64,000 nt of DNA from a virus. The stretch is from positions 2,898 through 66,897 of IMG/VR virus record IMGVR_UViG_3300010149_000016; one strand, given 5' to 3'. Shown here piece after piece: positions 8,933 to 19,127 of this stretch. Position 1 is the first letter of the stretch. Each line of letters starts with the position of its first letter. The notes beneath the pieces were generated by a model. That model saw only the letters and a program-made list of their open reading frames with translations, was not told the DNA's origin and searched no databases. The position numbers and the translations under genes were made by a program.

Positions 8933-9901
8933 ATGTTTAGATTTTTCACACAAAAACAATGGGCATTATGGTCTTGGTTGGGTTCAGCCATTATTTTAAG
9001 CTCGTTATGGATACAAGTTCAAATTGACGTTAAAATTAACGAATGGTTTGGGCAGTTTTACGATATGATTCAAAAAGCACTTGGAACACCAAATGCTATT
9101 ACTATTGGTGAGTATTGGAGTAGCCTAGGAACTTTTATATACTTAGCGGCAATATATGTTGCTATTGCAGTATTAGTAAGTTACTTTACTGCACACTACT
9201 TATTTCGTTGGAGAACAGCAATGGTTGAATGGTATCATAGTGTATACGATAAAGCAAGAACCATCGAAGGTGCTGCTCAACGTGTACAAGAAGATACAAT
9301 TAAGTTTAGTAGAATCATGGAAGGACTAGGTACAAGTTTTATTGAAAGTCTTATGGTCCTTGTGCAATTTATTCCTATTTTATTAGGATTGTCAGTTGGT
9401 ATTCCTATCTTCTTTTTTGGAGATTGGCAATATGGACTTGTAACTGGTGCTCTAGTTTGGAGCATTGGAGGAACAATTTTTTTAATTGCGTTAGGTTGGC
9501 TACTACGATTAGTTGGTGTAGAATATGATTTACAAAAAAAAGAAGCAGCGTATAGAAAAATACTTGTTATAGCTGAGGATGATGAAACAATACGTCCAAA
9601 AACTATTAATGAATTATTTGTAGATGTTCGCTCTATACACTTTACAAGTTATTTACGTTACTTGTATTTTAACGTAGGGCGTATTGCATACTTACAAGCA
9701 AACGTACTTTCTGCTTATGTGTTTTTAGCACCAGCCATTGTTGCAGGTGTTGTAACACTTGGTGTTATGCAACAGATCATAAGAGCTTTTGGAAGAGTTG
9801 AAGGTAGTATGCAATACTTATTAAAAGCATGGCCTACAATTATCGAACTAGCAAGTGTATATAAACGTTTGCGAGAGTTTGAAAGACAGATAGCTGAATA
9901 A
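8933..9901 (+). CDS. sbmA: SbmA/BacA-family peptide transporter
   Basis: INEWFGQFYD, FRWRTAM, IEGAAQRVQEDT, EAAYRK, TIIELASVYKRLREFE motifs; multi-TM. Confidence 0.9.
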   Translation: MFRFFTQKQWALWSWLGSAIILSSLWIQVQIDVKINEWFGQFYDMIQKALGTPNAITIGEYWSSLGTFIYLAAIYVAIAVLVSYFTAHYLFRWRTAMVEWYHSVYDKARTIEGAAQRVQEDTIKFSRIMEGLGTSFIESLMVLVQFIPILLGLSVGIPIFFFGDWQYGLVTGALVWSIGGTIFLIALGWLLRLVGVEYDLQKKEAAYRKILVIAEDDETIRPKTINELFVDVRSIHFTSYLRYLYFNVGRIAYLQANVLSAYVFLAPAIVAGVVTLGVMQQIIRAFGRVEGSMQYLLKAWPTIIELASVYKRLREFERQIAE

Positions 9902-9909
9902 ATACAGTT

Positions 9910-10257
9910 ATGGTAATTATGTTAACATTTATGTTATGGGCAACAATTATTTTTGTTGTCTATAACAAAATTGGGTTCAAAGAAATACATAAATCTTATT
10001 GTTTATGGTTTGACAAAGGATACTGGCAAAAAAGGTATAATGTAGTTGAAGCAGCAGCATGGCTTGCTAAATTGCTTGTAATACTTCCTGCTATATTTTT
10101 TGGAAAAGAAATTATTTGGGCCCATTATATAACATTATGTACTTCAGCGTTATTAATTTGGGTAAGCGAACAAAAGCTATTACCTACGTTAGTAGCATTC
10201 AACAGTTTATGGATAGGCATTAGCTCTTTTATAATTATAAGGTATTACTTCGGATGA
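9910..10257 (+). CDS. Small membrane protein
   Basis: 3-4 hydrophobic segments; late promoter AATAAATA 9897-9904, predicted leaderless. Confidence 0.65.
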   Translation: MVIMLTFMLWATIIFVVYNKIGFKEIHKSYCLWFDKGYWQKRYNVVEAAAWLAKLLVILPAIFFGKEIIWAHYITLCTSALLIWVSEQKLLPTLVAFNSLWIGISSFIIIRYYFG

Positions 10258-11459
10258 AAATATGTATTATCGGCGGCGGAACTGCCGGTTGGTGGTGTGC
10301 AGGGTATATGGAAAAATTTTTACCAGATGCTGACATAACATTAATTGAAAGCGACGAAATTCCTACAATAGGAGTAGGCGAAGGTACACTTCCACAAATT
10401 GGTGTATTCTTTGAAGAACTAGGAATTCCAGAAAAAGAATGGATGAATGGATGTAATGCTGTTCACAAATATGGAAATATAAAATACGAATGGGATGCAT
10501 TAGGAGCAGATCCATACTTAATGACTTTTTGGCAAAATGAACCTAAGACATTATTTGATAACTGGTATAAAGAATTTAAGCAAGGTAAAAAAGTTAGAGA
10601 TGACATAAATCCAGACTTGTATGATAAAGAAGGATGGCGAGCGGTAGCTTATCATTTAGATGCTAACCTTGCAGGACATGTTGTACGAGATCATTGCAAA
10701 CGTGTTAATCATGTTATTGATACATTAGAAGAACTTCCGCCAGGATATGATTTATATGTAGATGCTACAGGATTTCGTAGACAGTTTGTTAAAGATAAGA
10801 CAGAAGAAACATTTAGCGAGCATCACAAAGTCAATCGTTCTTGGGTTAGACCATTAGAACTAGAAGATGAAATTACACCATACACTAGAACAATGGCTAG
10901 ACCTGATGGTTGGCAATTTATGGTAGACTTACAACATAGAACAGGAACTGGTTATGTTTTTAGTACTGATTTTGTAAGCGAAGAAGAAGCATTAGAAAAG
11001 TTTAAAGGATGGACAGCACACAGAACTCCCTTTAAAGGTATAGAACCACGACTACTAAAATGGAAACCTGGAGTATTAAAAAATCCTTGGGTAGATAATG
11101 TAGTGTCAATTGGTCTTGGACAAGGATTTGTTGATCCATTAGAAGCAAATGGATTGTTTTTAGTACAATACAGTATTACATTATTAGTAAGATGTATACT
11201 AAAAGGTTCATCTCCAAAAGCATACAATAAAGCAATAATGAAAGTACAAAAAGATAACTCGGATTATATATTACACCATTATATGTTAAGCAATCGTACA
11301 GATACAGAGTTCTGGAAATACTATAGTAAGTTTAATGCAAGTAAAACTCTATGGGAAAGCTATACAAAAAATTCAAACAAATATACAAGTTTGTATCCAG
11401 ACGCAATATGGGCATCTTTAGGCTTATATTTTAACGATTTTAAACACTATCCAGAATAA
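10254..11459 (+). CDS. Flavin-dependent (tryptophan) halogenase family protein
   Basis: GGGTAGW, IGVGEGT, AYHLDA, DATGF, FVDPLEANG motifs. Confidence 0.85.
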   Translation: MKICIIGGGTAGWWCAGYMEKFLPDADITLIESDEIPTIGVGEGTLPQIGVFFEELGIPEKEWMNGCNAVHKYGNIKYEWDALGADPYLMTFWQNEPKTLFDNWYKEFKQGKKVRDDINPDLYDKEGWRAVAYHLDANLAGHVVRDHCKRVNHVIDTLEELPPGYDLYVDATGFRRQFVKDKTEETFSEHHKVNRSWVRPLELEDEITPYTRTMARPDGWQFMVDLQHRTGTGYVFSTDFVSEEEALEKFKGWTAHRTPFKGIEPRLLKWKPGVLKNPWVDNVVSIGLGQGFVDPLEANGLFLVQYSITLLVRCILKGSSPKAYNKAIMKVQKDNSDYILHHYMLSNRTDTEFWKYYSKFNASKTLWESYTKNSNKYTSLYPDAIWASLGLYFNDFKHYPE

Positions 11460-11478
11460 AAAAAATAAAAAAAATTAT

Positions 11479-11505
11479 AACCCTTTGAAATATAAGGGTT
11501 TTTTT
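11479..11505 (+). terminator. Rho-independent terminator
   Basis: AACCCTT-TGAAATAT-AAGGGTT plus T-tract; near copy at 35291. Confidence 0.7.
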
Positions 11506-11518
11506 ATGGCAAAAAAAC

Positions 11519-11547
11519 TTGACAACCAAGACTTCTTATCGTATACT
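11519..11547 (+). promoter_or_regulatory. Early sigma70-type promoter with AAGA-NN-TCTT spacer palindrome
   Basis: TTGACA-17-TATACT. Confidence 0.8.
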
Positions 11548-11578
11548 ATATGTATAGTTAATAAAAAAGGAGTCAGTA

Positions 11579-11938
11579 ATGCAAACTTATAAATTATTTC
11601 AAATTCATCTTACAGATGCAGAAGTTGATCTTATTAATGAAAAAGGTCACGACGCAGTTCATAAACAGTCTTTAAAATTAGATATGAACTTTAATAAAAG
11701 TGATACAGGCAAAGTAGCCGCTGATGCATTTAATCGTGGGTATTATACACACGTTAGTAACATTACTGCTGATGGTCTAGAAGGTGTGTTTCACACAGGC
11801 AACATGGGTCCAGAAGAAAACATTGAGAGATTAGCTCCAATGTATTCATGTTCAGTAGGCGACATTGTTGAAGATGCCGAAGGAATTAAACACGTAGTAG
11901 CGTCATTTGGATTTAAAAAGGTTGACGCAGTAAATTAA
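11579..11938 (+). CDS. Early hypothetical protein (YodL-like C-terminus)
   Basis: SD AAGGAG; SCSVGDIV motif. Confidence 0.7.
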   Translation: MQTYKLFQIHLTDAEVDLINEKGHDAVHKQSLKLDMNFNKSDTGKVAADAFNRGYYTHVSNITADGLEGVFHTGNMGPEENIERLAPMYSCSVGDIVEDAEGIKHVVASFGFKKVDAVN

Positions 11939-11950
11939 CCGTAGTACACT
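11922..11950 (+). promoter_or_regulatory. sigma70-type promoter
   Basis: TTGACG-17-TACACT. Confidence 0.6.
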
Positions 11951-11978
11951 TGTAACAAATCGTAAAGGAGTACTCAAG

Positions 11979-12119
11979 ATGATGGAATATCTAGAATTTA
12001 TAGAAGAATTAGAGAAATTACCTCAAACTCCGCAAATTAAGTCACTTATTGATAAGTACCAAAATAAAGCTGATACAATAGATCAGCAAATGTTTGAAGA
12101 TTACCACGGAGAAAAGTAA
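11979..12119 (+). CDS. Unannotated 46-aa acidic protein (MMEYLEFIEELEKL...)
   Basis: SD AAGGAG; TAA overlaps next ATG. Confidence 0.7.
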   Translation: MMEYLEFIEELEKLPQTPQIKSLIDKYQNKADTIDQQMFEDYHGEK

Positions 12120-13405
12120 TGGCATTACCAAAAGCCACTAAAAGAAAAAAGCCACGAGCTTCAGTTTATCGCACACCTAAGTCTAAACTTAAAGAACCTA
12201 CTTGGGATGATTGGGAAACGTTATCAGGCGAAGAATATCATCGCAAGTCATCAGCTACTAATGCATGGTATTACGAACACTATAAAACTAGTGAGTTACA
12301 AGATCATGTATGGCCTTGGATGTTAGCTAATGGATACGATAAACAAGATGTTCGTAAAGCAAAAGCAGGTTCTATACATTTATCAGCAGTTGTAGGATAT
12401 AATTGTAGACAACTTACTTTAGGTAAACCAGATTATAATAAAAAAGAAGATGAATATTGGGAAAGTCTTCCTGGTACAATGGGTAATATGAAACCTACTT
12501 CTGAATTTATTAATAAACAAGTTAAAAAAGCAATAGAAGAAGGTGCAGAAAAAGTTGAAGAAGCAGAACGACTAGCTGAAGAAGAAGCTCGAAAAGCAAA
12601 TGTTAAAAAACCTACTATTCAAGAACTTCTTCACAAAGCCGCAATGAATATGACAGACGAGGTAGAACAGTTTTTAGACGATTGGGTTATGTCCGGTTAT
12701 GATACAAAGTTTGTTAAAGATTTTTCACCTACTGCTATGTTTCGACGAGCAGGAGTAAAACAAGCACATGCACGTATCATACGTAAAGGATACATCCATG
12801 GGCTAGAAGAATATACAGAACTTAATACTAAAGTTCCTAAAGATAAAATTGACGACTGGCGTGAACAACTAGAAGAAGGATATAATCATTTAGATTCTTC
12901 GCAAAAAAAAGCACTATTAGAAGTATATCGTAAAATAGTAGATGCATGCGATATTGTTGAAGCAGAAGGAAAAGCAAATCGTAAGCCACGTAAGACACGT
13001 ACAAAGAGCCCAGAAGACATAGTTAAGAAGCTCAAATTTAAGCAAACAGACACCGATTATGGTTTAGCTAGCATCTTACCAGCAGATATCGTTTACGCCC
13101 GTATACTGGTGGTTTTTAACACTAAGAACCGCAAACTTGGAATATACTATGCTAAAAATGTAGACCCTATGGGACTAAAACGAGAAGGTAGTGGGCTAAA
13201 TGTTAAAGGTACTACAATTATAGGATATGACGAAGATAAAAGTGTACAACGTACTATTCGTAAACCTAATGAATTTTTACCAGAAGTTAAAAAAGCTACA
13301 AGAGCTAAAACAGAAAAACTGTTTGATACACTAAAAACAACAGAAACTAAATTAAATGGTCGTATTAATGGCGAAACAATATTGATTGCGACATTTAATA
13401 AATGA
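12119..13405 (+). CDS. Hypothetical phage protein (428 aa, basic)
   Basis: Long ORF, coupled start; no confident family. Confidence 0.7.
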   Translation: MALPKATKRKKPRASVYRTPKSKLKEPTWDDWETLSGEEYHRKSSATNAWYYEHYKTSELQDHVWPWMLANGYDKQDVRKAKAGSIHLSAVVGYNCRQLTLGKPDYNKKEDEYWESLPGTMGNMKPTSEFINKQVKKAIEEGAEKVEEAERLAEEEARKANVKKPTIQELLHKAAMNMTDEVEQFLDDWVMSGYDTKFVKDFSPTAMFRRAGVKQAHARIIRKGYIHGLEEYTELNTKVPKDKIDDWREQLEEGYNHLDSSQKKALLEVYRKIVDACDIVEAEGKANRKPRKTRTKSPEDIVKKLKFKQTDTDYGLASILPADIVYARILVVFNTKNRKLGIYYAKNVDPMGLKREGSGLNVKGTTIIGYDEDKSVQRTIRKPNEFLPEVKKATRAKTEKLFDTLKTTETKLNGRINGETILIATFNK

Positions 13406-14115
13406 GTTCATACGAACAGTTTAATAACTGGTATACAAATCATATAAATTGTGGAGGTAATATAGGAATAATAGATGCCTCCACTGTATTACCTATAGAA
13501 AAACAAGTTATAAATCATTTTACTGATATTGTAATTTATATTAGAAAAAATTGGAAAACTATAGAAGATAATCACGATTACTATATAAATGATTTTGAAA
13601 AGTTTATGCATACTTTTACAGGATCGCAATGTAGGTATTTGATTCAGTTTTTATGGATGGCAGATCAAGAAATACATTATAAACCAGTATCTTATGCAAG
13701 ATATGGCTCCAATGATATTAATATTCACCCAGGAAAAAGTAGACTATATGCTAGATGGGCACAAAATAAATCAACCGATATGGTGTTTATTGATTATGCA
13801 ATGCCTAAAACTGATATAAAATATAAACCATTTAACAATGTTGATGAGGCGTGGAACGGATTAACATATACTTCTCATACACCAGATATAATTAATACAT
13901 GTAGTTTTAAAGATACAGTTTCTTTAAATGATTTAATTGATGTAACATATCAATCTGATATGCACTATTATAGAACCACAAATTTTGAACAAATATTGTT
14001 TATAGAAGATATAAAAGATGATTGCTATAAAGAATGGCAAAAATCTAGTAAAAAATACCTGACTGAATGCTTGAACAATCCTATTAGATATGGTAGTCGT
14101 GTGCTAAATATCTAA
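13402..14115 (+). CDS. Hypothetical protein (possible ParB/Srx-like HPGxxR motif)
   Basis: ATGA overlap; IHPGKSR. Confidence 0.5.
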   Translation: MSSYEQFNNWYTNHINCGGNIGIIDASTVLPIEKQVINHFTDIVIYIRKNWKTIEDNHDYYINDFEKFMHTFTGSQCRYLIQFLWMADQEIHYKPVSYARYGSNDINIHPGKSRLYARWAQNKSTDMVFIDYAMPKTDIKYKPFNNVDEAWNGLTYTSHTPDIINTCSFKDTVSLNDLIDVTYQSDMHYYRTTNFEQILFIEDIKDDCYKEWQKSSKKYLTECLNNPIRYGSRVLNI

Positions 14116-14149
14116 GTTACTATGATAAATACATAGTAGGAGAAACTAA

Positions 14150-14887
14150 ATGAGTGCATCAAACAAACTTCAAAAAGAGATAGAACTTCGCTTAGGTGGC
14201 GGAATGATCGATGTTGAGCTAGATCCTGAACATTATGAACTAGCTATTAATAAAAGTTTATCAAAGTATCGTCAACGTGCAGAAAACGCAGTTGAGGAGA
14301 GCTTTATTATACTAGAAATGATAAAAGATCAAAGCGAGTACACATTACCCGAAGAAGTAATGGAGGTACGTGATATCTATCGTAGAACTACTGGAGTTAG
14401 CAGTGGAACAGGAAACGATATTGAACCTTTCCAAGCGGCATATATTAATACCTATTTATTAGGTAGTAGTCGTAATGGTGGTTTAGCGTCATTTGATTTC
14501 TTACAACAAAACAGAGAAACAATGGGTAGACTATTTGGTGCAGAACTATTGTTTACTTGGCGTCCACAAGACAAAAAATTAATTTTACAACGTAAGATTA
14601 AAGCAGACGATAATGCAGTATTACATTGTTACAATTATAGACCAACGGAAAGTTTATTAGAAGATACATATGCAGGTCCTTGGTTAAAAGACTATGCGTT
14701 TGCACATGCAAAATTAATACTATCTGAAGCACGTGGTAAATTTACACAGATTGCAGGGCCACAAGGCGGTACTACAATGAATGCTGACCAGTTAAGAACA
14801 GATGCACAGGCTGAAATTGATAAACTTGAAACTGAACTAACATTATACAACGATGGTAGTACAGGTTTAGGTTTTGTAATAGGATAA
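14150..14887 (+). CDS. gp13: Neck protein (T4 gp13-like)
   Basis: LRLGGGMIDVEL, WLKDYA, GKF..I..PQGG..MNA; late promoter 14124-14131. Confidence 0.85.
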   Translation: MSASNKLQKEIELRLGGGMIDVELDPEHYELAINKSLSKYRQRAENAVEESFIILEMIKDQSEYTLPEEVMEVRDIYRRTTGVSSGTGNDIEPFQAAYINTYLLGSSRNGGLASFDFLQQNRETMGRLFGAELLFTWRPQDKKLILQRKIKADDNAVLHCYNYRPTESLLEDTYAGPWLKDYAFAHAKLILSEARGKFTQIAGPQGGTTMNADQLRTDAQAEIDKLETELTLYNDGSTGLGFVIG

Positions 14888-14891
14888 TTAA

Positions 14892-15524
14892 ATGCAATTA
14901 GGCAAATACCACTGTACCATAGATGAGGTTATATATGACCGACTTGAATTACTAGATTTTGCTAATCAACATAGACATAACATAATGCAATTTGGTGACT
15001 ACATGCAATACCTTTCTCCAGAAAAAAGAGAGTTCAAAGGTAGAACAGGCATGAATGCTATTGCAGTACAAAAAACTGAAGGTAAAGATTTACTAGAATA
15101 TCCAGTTATACAAAAATATGTTAACATGTTTAATTTTGCACAACCTATAGCACCACGTGATATAGATTTATTACATTATGATCCAGGTTACGCCTTTCAT
15201 CCACATACAGATCATTATATGTGGTGTGGAATAATGTTTCCAATAGAACCAGAAGACGCTGGAGAACCAATTAGTTTTTATAGTAGAGAAGGAATAGAGC
15301 CAGAACGTAATATAAATTATCAAAAAAGAGGCTGGACAGATGATGATATTGAATATAATCACTATTATAGCAACAAACACCCTACACTGTTTAATGGAAT
15401 GGCTATACACGGAGTTCCAACTATTACACGAGAACGAATCTATCTTAGAATAAAAGTATTAGGTGAAAAATTTCACGATGTAGTACATAAACTTGAAAAC
15501 AATAACTTTGTCATTGACAAATAA
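14892..15524 (+). CDS. 2OG-Fe(II) oxygenase-like
   Basis: PHTD...HGV...R motif. Confidence 0.7.
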   Translation: MQLGKYHCTIDEVIYDRLELLDFANQHRHNIMQFGDYMQYLSPEKREFKGRTGMNAIAVQKTEGKDLLEYPVIQKYVNMFNFAQPIAPRDIDLLHYDPGYAFHPHTDHYMWCGIMFPIEPEDAGEPISFYSREGIEPERNINYQKRGWTDDDIEYNHYYSNKHPTLFNGMAIHGVPTITRERIYLRIKVLGEKFHDVVHKLENNNFVIDK

Positions 15525-15541
15525 TCAAAAATTAGTATAAT
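15514..15541 (+). promoter_or_regulatory. sigma70-type promoter, leaderless
   Basis: TTGACA-16-TATAAT; predicted +1 = ATG 15548. Confidence 0.7.
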
Positions 15542-15547
15542 AAACTT

Positions 15548-16180
15548 ATGAAGCAAATTATTGGTATATGTGGCCTTATTGGTCACGGTAAGGATACAGC
15601 CGCAGGCTTTCTAATCGAAGAAGGTTATCAGCGAATTAGTTTTGCTGGCGTACTTAAAGATGCTTGTGCAAATATATTTGGTTGGGATCGTATTTTACTT
15701 GAAGGTAATACATCTGAAAGTAGAGTATGGAGAGAAACTGTAGACGACTGGTGGGCTAAACGTTTAGATATACCAAATTTTACACCTAGGTGGGCTTTAC
15801 AAAATGTAGGAACAGACGTTCTCAGAACACATTTTCATCCTGATATATGGGTAGCGGCATGTGAGCGACAGATTGAAATGACTGAAAAGCATGTTGTTAT
15901 TAGTGATTGTAGATTTTTTAACGAATTAAGTGCAATTAAAAAATTAGGTGGAACCACTGTAGTTGTTTGGAGAGAAAGCAAACCACTGTGGTGGGCTACT
16001 GCATCTGATATTAATAAAGCAGGAGCAAACAACGTAAAAAATAATAGTATGTCTGTTGTGTTTCCAGAAGTTCACAAAAGTGAATGGAGTTGGGCAGGTT
16101 GGAATTTTGATATTAATTTAAGTAATAATTCTACATTAGAAGATTTTAAATCTCAAACACTTCAAAAAATTATTAAATAA
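15548..16180 (+). CDS. Deoxynucleoside monophosphate kinase
   Basis: GLIGHGKDT, SFAGVLKD, TPR.LQ..GT, ISDCRF.NE, H.SE. Confidence 0.9.
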   Translation: MKQIIGICGLIGHGKDTAAGFLIEEGYQRISFAGVLKDACANIFGWDRILLEGNTSESRVWRETVDDWWAKRLDIPNFTPRWALQNVGTDVLRTHFHPDIWVAACERQIEMTEKHVVISDCRFFNELSAIKKLGGTTVVVWRESKPLWWATASDINKAGANNVKNNSMSVVFPEVHKSEWSWAGWNFDINLSNNSTLEDFKSQTLQKIIK

Positions 16181-16207
16181 ATAAACACATACTATAAAGG
16201 AAATTAT

Positions 16208-17674
16208 ATGCTGAATATGTTTGGGCACCAATGGTGGCAATTTAAAAGCAAATCAAAAGAATTAGGATTTGGTTGGTTATATAATAATACAATCAAAGAT
16301 GACTTTGCCAGAGGTTATACTAAAAATTTAACTGATTATTGGTCTATGGAATTAGGATTTTACTTCCATGAACAAATGGCAGACGACACAATAGAAGGTT
16401 TGTTAACACAAGCACATAAAAATGGCTATAAAAAGATTCTTGTTTTTAAACAAGGAACAACGCCGTTATCTAATTTTAAAGAAGAGTTTGTAAAGTTTTA
16501 CGAAAAGAATTCAGATTGCACATTTATTGGTCATATTGTAGATAAAGGAGATGAATATTATTCATTGCATCCACAAGCATTTATGATTGATGTTGAATGG
16601 TGGAATAATGCAGGCTGTCCTGAATGGGGAGAGCCATCTAATACACCATTGGAAGCAGTTGAGCCTGCACGTAGCATGGATAACTGGCATGACGATTATA
16701 CTCCTCATTGGATAGCACCAGGAAAAATTAGCAGAACATATACTTCAACACACACAGGTTGGAATATTACAAAAGCAATGCTTGATGATGGAAAAAGAAT
16801 TGTTTCATGGAATAAAGAAATCAGAACTGAGAAGCATTATTCTTATCCTGAAGTAAAACAGGATGGATATAGACATTTATCTGGTGTGACAAACCAAATA
16901 GACATGAATATATTTTTTATTGCAAACACAGAACCACTTAGAGATTTGCATTTAGAAGTAGAAAGAAGAAAATTACAATATCCAGACTGGAATGAAAAGT
17001 TTGATACACTTGTTGTTCCTGCCGCAGGATTAACTCCATTAATATATGCATTTGAATTAGGGTGTGACAAGTATAGTAAGTTGCTTATATATGATATTAG
17101 TAAATTTGCTATTAGTATTACACGGGCAATTATTGAAGAATGGGATGGCAATGATTATGAATCTTTTGCTAAAAAGTTAATGCATAAATTAGCTCCTACT
17201 CCAGAATATGAAAGAGATATATTTAGAGGAAAAGACAAGCTACCTAATACTCAAGAAGTTTTTGATAAATTAAATGAACGAGGATTCAAAGAATGGTTGA
17301 TTAACGTATTACCAGAAATTGAAGTAAGTTATTTGCCTATTAATATTTTTGATCCTAATACATACAAAAGTTTTGCTAACAACTTTAAAACAGAGACACT
17401 AAGACATCCAGTTACACTTTGTTATTTGAGTAATATATTCCATTATCTGCCCACTTCTTTTTATTATAGTTTAGAACAACGATGGGAATTACATAATGAA
17501 TTAATGAAAGCTATCAAAGATAATTCATATGAGAATAATGTTTTAGTCCTTTCATCACGTGGAACTACTACACATCCAAACTTAGTATGGATAGATATGC
17601 AAAAGATGGACAAGTTTAAAGACTTACCTGATAATTATTTGCAAAAATTATTAAAGTGGAATAAAGATGTTTAA
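16208..17674 (+). CDS. Hypothetical enzyme-like protein, paralog A
   Basis: Colinear similarity to 17667..19127; late promoter 16176-16183. Confidence 0.7.
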   Translation: MLNMFGHQWWQFKSKSKELGFGWLYNNTIKDDFARGYTKNLTDYWSMELGFYFHEQMADDTIEGLLTQAHKNGYKKILVFKQGTTPLSNFKEEFVKFYEKNSDCTFIGHIVDKGDEYYSLHPQAFMIDVEWWNNAGCPEWGEPSNTPLEAVEPARSMDNWHDDYTPHWIAPGKISRTYTSTHTGWNITKAMLDDGKRIVSWNKEIRTEKHYSYPEVKQDGYRHLSGVTNQIDMNIFFIANTEPLRDLHLEVERRKLQYPDWNEKFDTLVVPAAGLTPLIYAFELGCDKYSKLLIYDISKFAISITRAIIEEWDGNDYESFAKKLMHKLAPTPEYERDIFRGKDKLPNTQEVFDKLNERGFKEWLINVLPEIEVSYLPINIFDPNTYKSFANNFKTETLRHPVTLCYLSNIFHYLPTSFYYSLEQRWELHNELMKAIKDNSYENNVLVLSSRGTTTHPNLVWIDMQKMDKFKDLPDNYLQKLLKWNKDV

Positions 17675-19127
17675 AAAAGATTGGTGGCAGAAAAAAGCTG
17701 ATAAAAAAGAACTATGTATTGGTTGGTTATACAATAATAGTATGAAGACCGATTATGCAAATCATTATTCAAAACGAGCGTTAGATTATTGGTCAATTGA
17801 ATTAGCATTCTTTTGCCCTATTCAATATACAGAAGATAAAATTATACCTTTGTTTGAAAAAGCAATAGAAGGCGGCTTTAAGAAAATGGTTGTCTTTAAA
17901 CAAGGAATTATACTAAAACATTTTGAAGATGTATTTCCTGAATTTTATGAAGAACATGCTGATGCTAAATTTATAGGACATATATTAGATAAAGGTGATA
18001 GTTATTATTCAATACATCCACAATGCTTTCTAATTGACTTAGAATGGTGGGATAGTGTTGGAAGACCTGAGTGGGGAAACCACATGAATGATGTAGATCC
18101 TTACACTGAAATAGAACCAGTAAGAAGTGAGAAAAATTGGCATGATGGATATACTCCTCATTGGATAGGACCAGGAAAATCTACAAAAGAATATACTGGA
18201 AAAGAAGGCGGATGGAACTTAGTAAAAGCATTAATAGATGATGGACAAAAAATTAACTCTTGGAGTTTAAAATTAAGAGAATCAAAAGGATATACGTATG
18301 GAGAAGTAACTCAAGACGGTTATAGAAATATACACGAAACAACTACTGAAGCATTAACTAATATATTCTATATTGGTAACACTGAAACACCCGGAGAAGT
18401 ATTGCCACAAAAAGGACAACAAGACGAGAATACAGAAATATTAAGATTTAAAAAAATAGTTTCACCAGCCGCTGGTATATCTCCTATGCTTTATGCATGG
18501 AAAAGAGGATTACAGCCGGGCGATCATGTTTGGATATATGACGTTAGTACTTTTGCAATAGGGTGTATGCAAGAAATAATTGATACTTGGGATGGAACCA
18601 ATTGGGCACAGTTTGCTCAAGACCTTATGTATAGAAGAACAGGAAAATATCATAATAAGTATGAATTTTTTAAAGGTATTAAAGAAATAAAATATACAGA
18701 TGAATTAGTTAATGAAATATCTGAACAAGGATTTTTAGAATGGTATAAAGAAGTATGGCCTAAATTAGAAGTAAACTATTTTGTAATAAATTTATTAAAT
18801 CCACATTTTTATGATAAGTTTTCTAGAATATGTAAATGTCATGGACAAGGATCTAGTTATGTACATTTAAGTAATATATTTCATTATGAAGCCACAGCAT
18901 ATTCCTATAGTTTAGAAGAAAGATATAAACTATATAGGGAATTAGTACAAAACATAAATAAATATAGCATAGATAACAACATATTATTATATTGTACATG
19001 CCCAGTTCCTGACATAACAGGATTTAACTGGACCAAGTATAGTTTATCAAAAGTACCAGAATGGGAACTTCTCGCACCTTGGTCAATAGGAAAGATATTC
19101 AAATGGAACAAGACAAAGAAGAAATAA
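17667..19127 (+). CDS. Hypothetical enzyme-like protein, paralog B
   Basis: Shares GWLYNN, FIGHIxDKG, WHDxYTPHW, PAAG, IYD, LSNIFHY with paralog A. Confidence 0.7.
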   Translation: MFKKDWWQKKADKKELCIGWLYNNSMKTDYANHYSKRALDYWSIELAFFCPIQYTEDKIIPLFEKAIEGGFKKMVVFKQGIILKHFEDVFPEFYEEHADAKFIGHILDKGDSYYSIHPQCFLIDLEWWDSVGRPEWGNHMNDVDPYTEIEPVRSEKNWHDGYTPHWIGPGKSTKEYTGKEGGWNLVKALIDDGQKINSWSLKLRESKGYTYGEVTQDGYRNIHETTTEALTNIFYIGNTETPGEVLPQKGQQDENTEILRFKKIVSPAAGISPMLYAWKRGLQPGDHVWIYDVSTFAIGCMQEIIDTWDGTNWAQFAQDLMYRRTGKYHNKYEFFKGIKEIKYTDELVNEISEQGFLEWYKEVWPKLEVNYFVINLLNPHFYDKFSRICKCHGQGSSYVHLSNIFHYEATAYSYSLEERYKLYRELVQNINKYSIDNNILLYCTCPVPDITGFNWTKYSLSKVPEWELLAPWSIGKIFKWNKTKKK

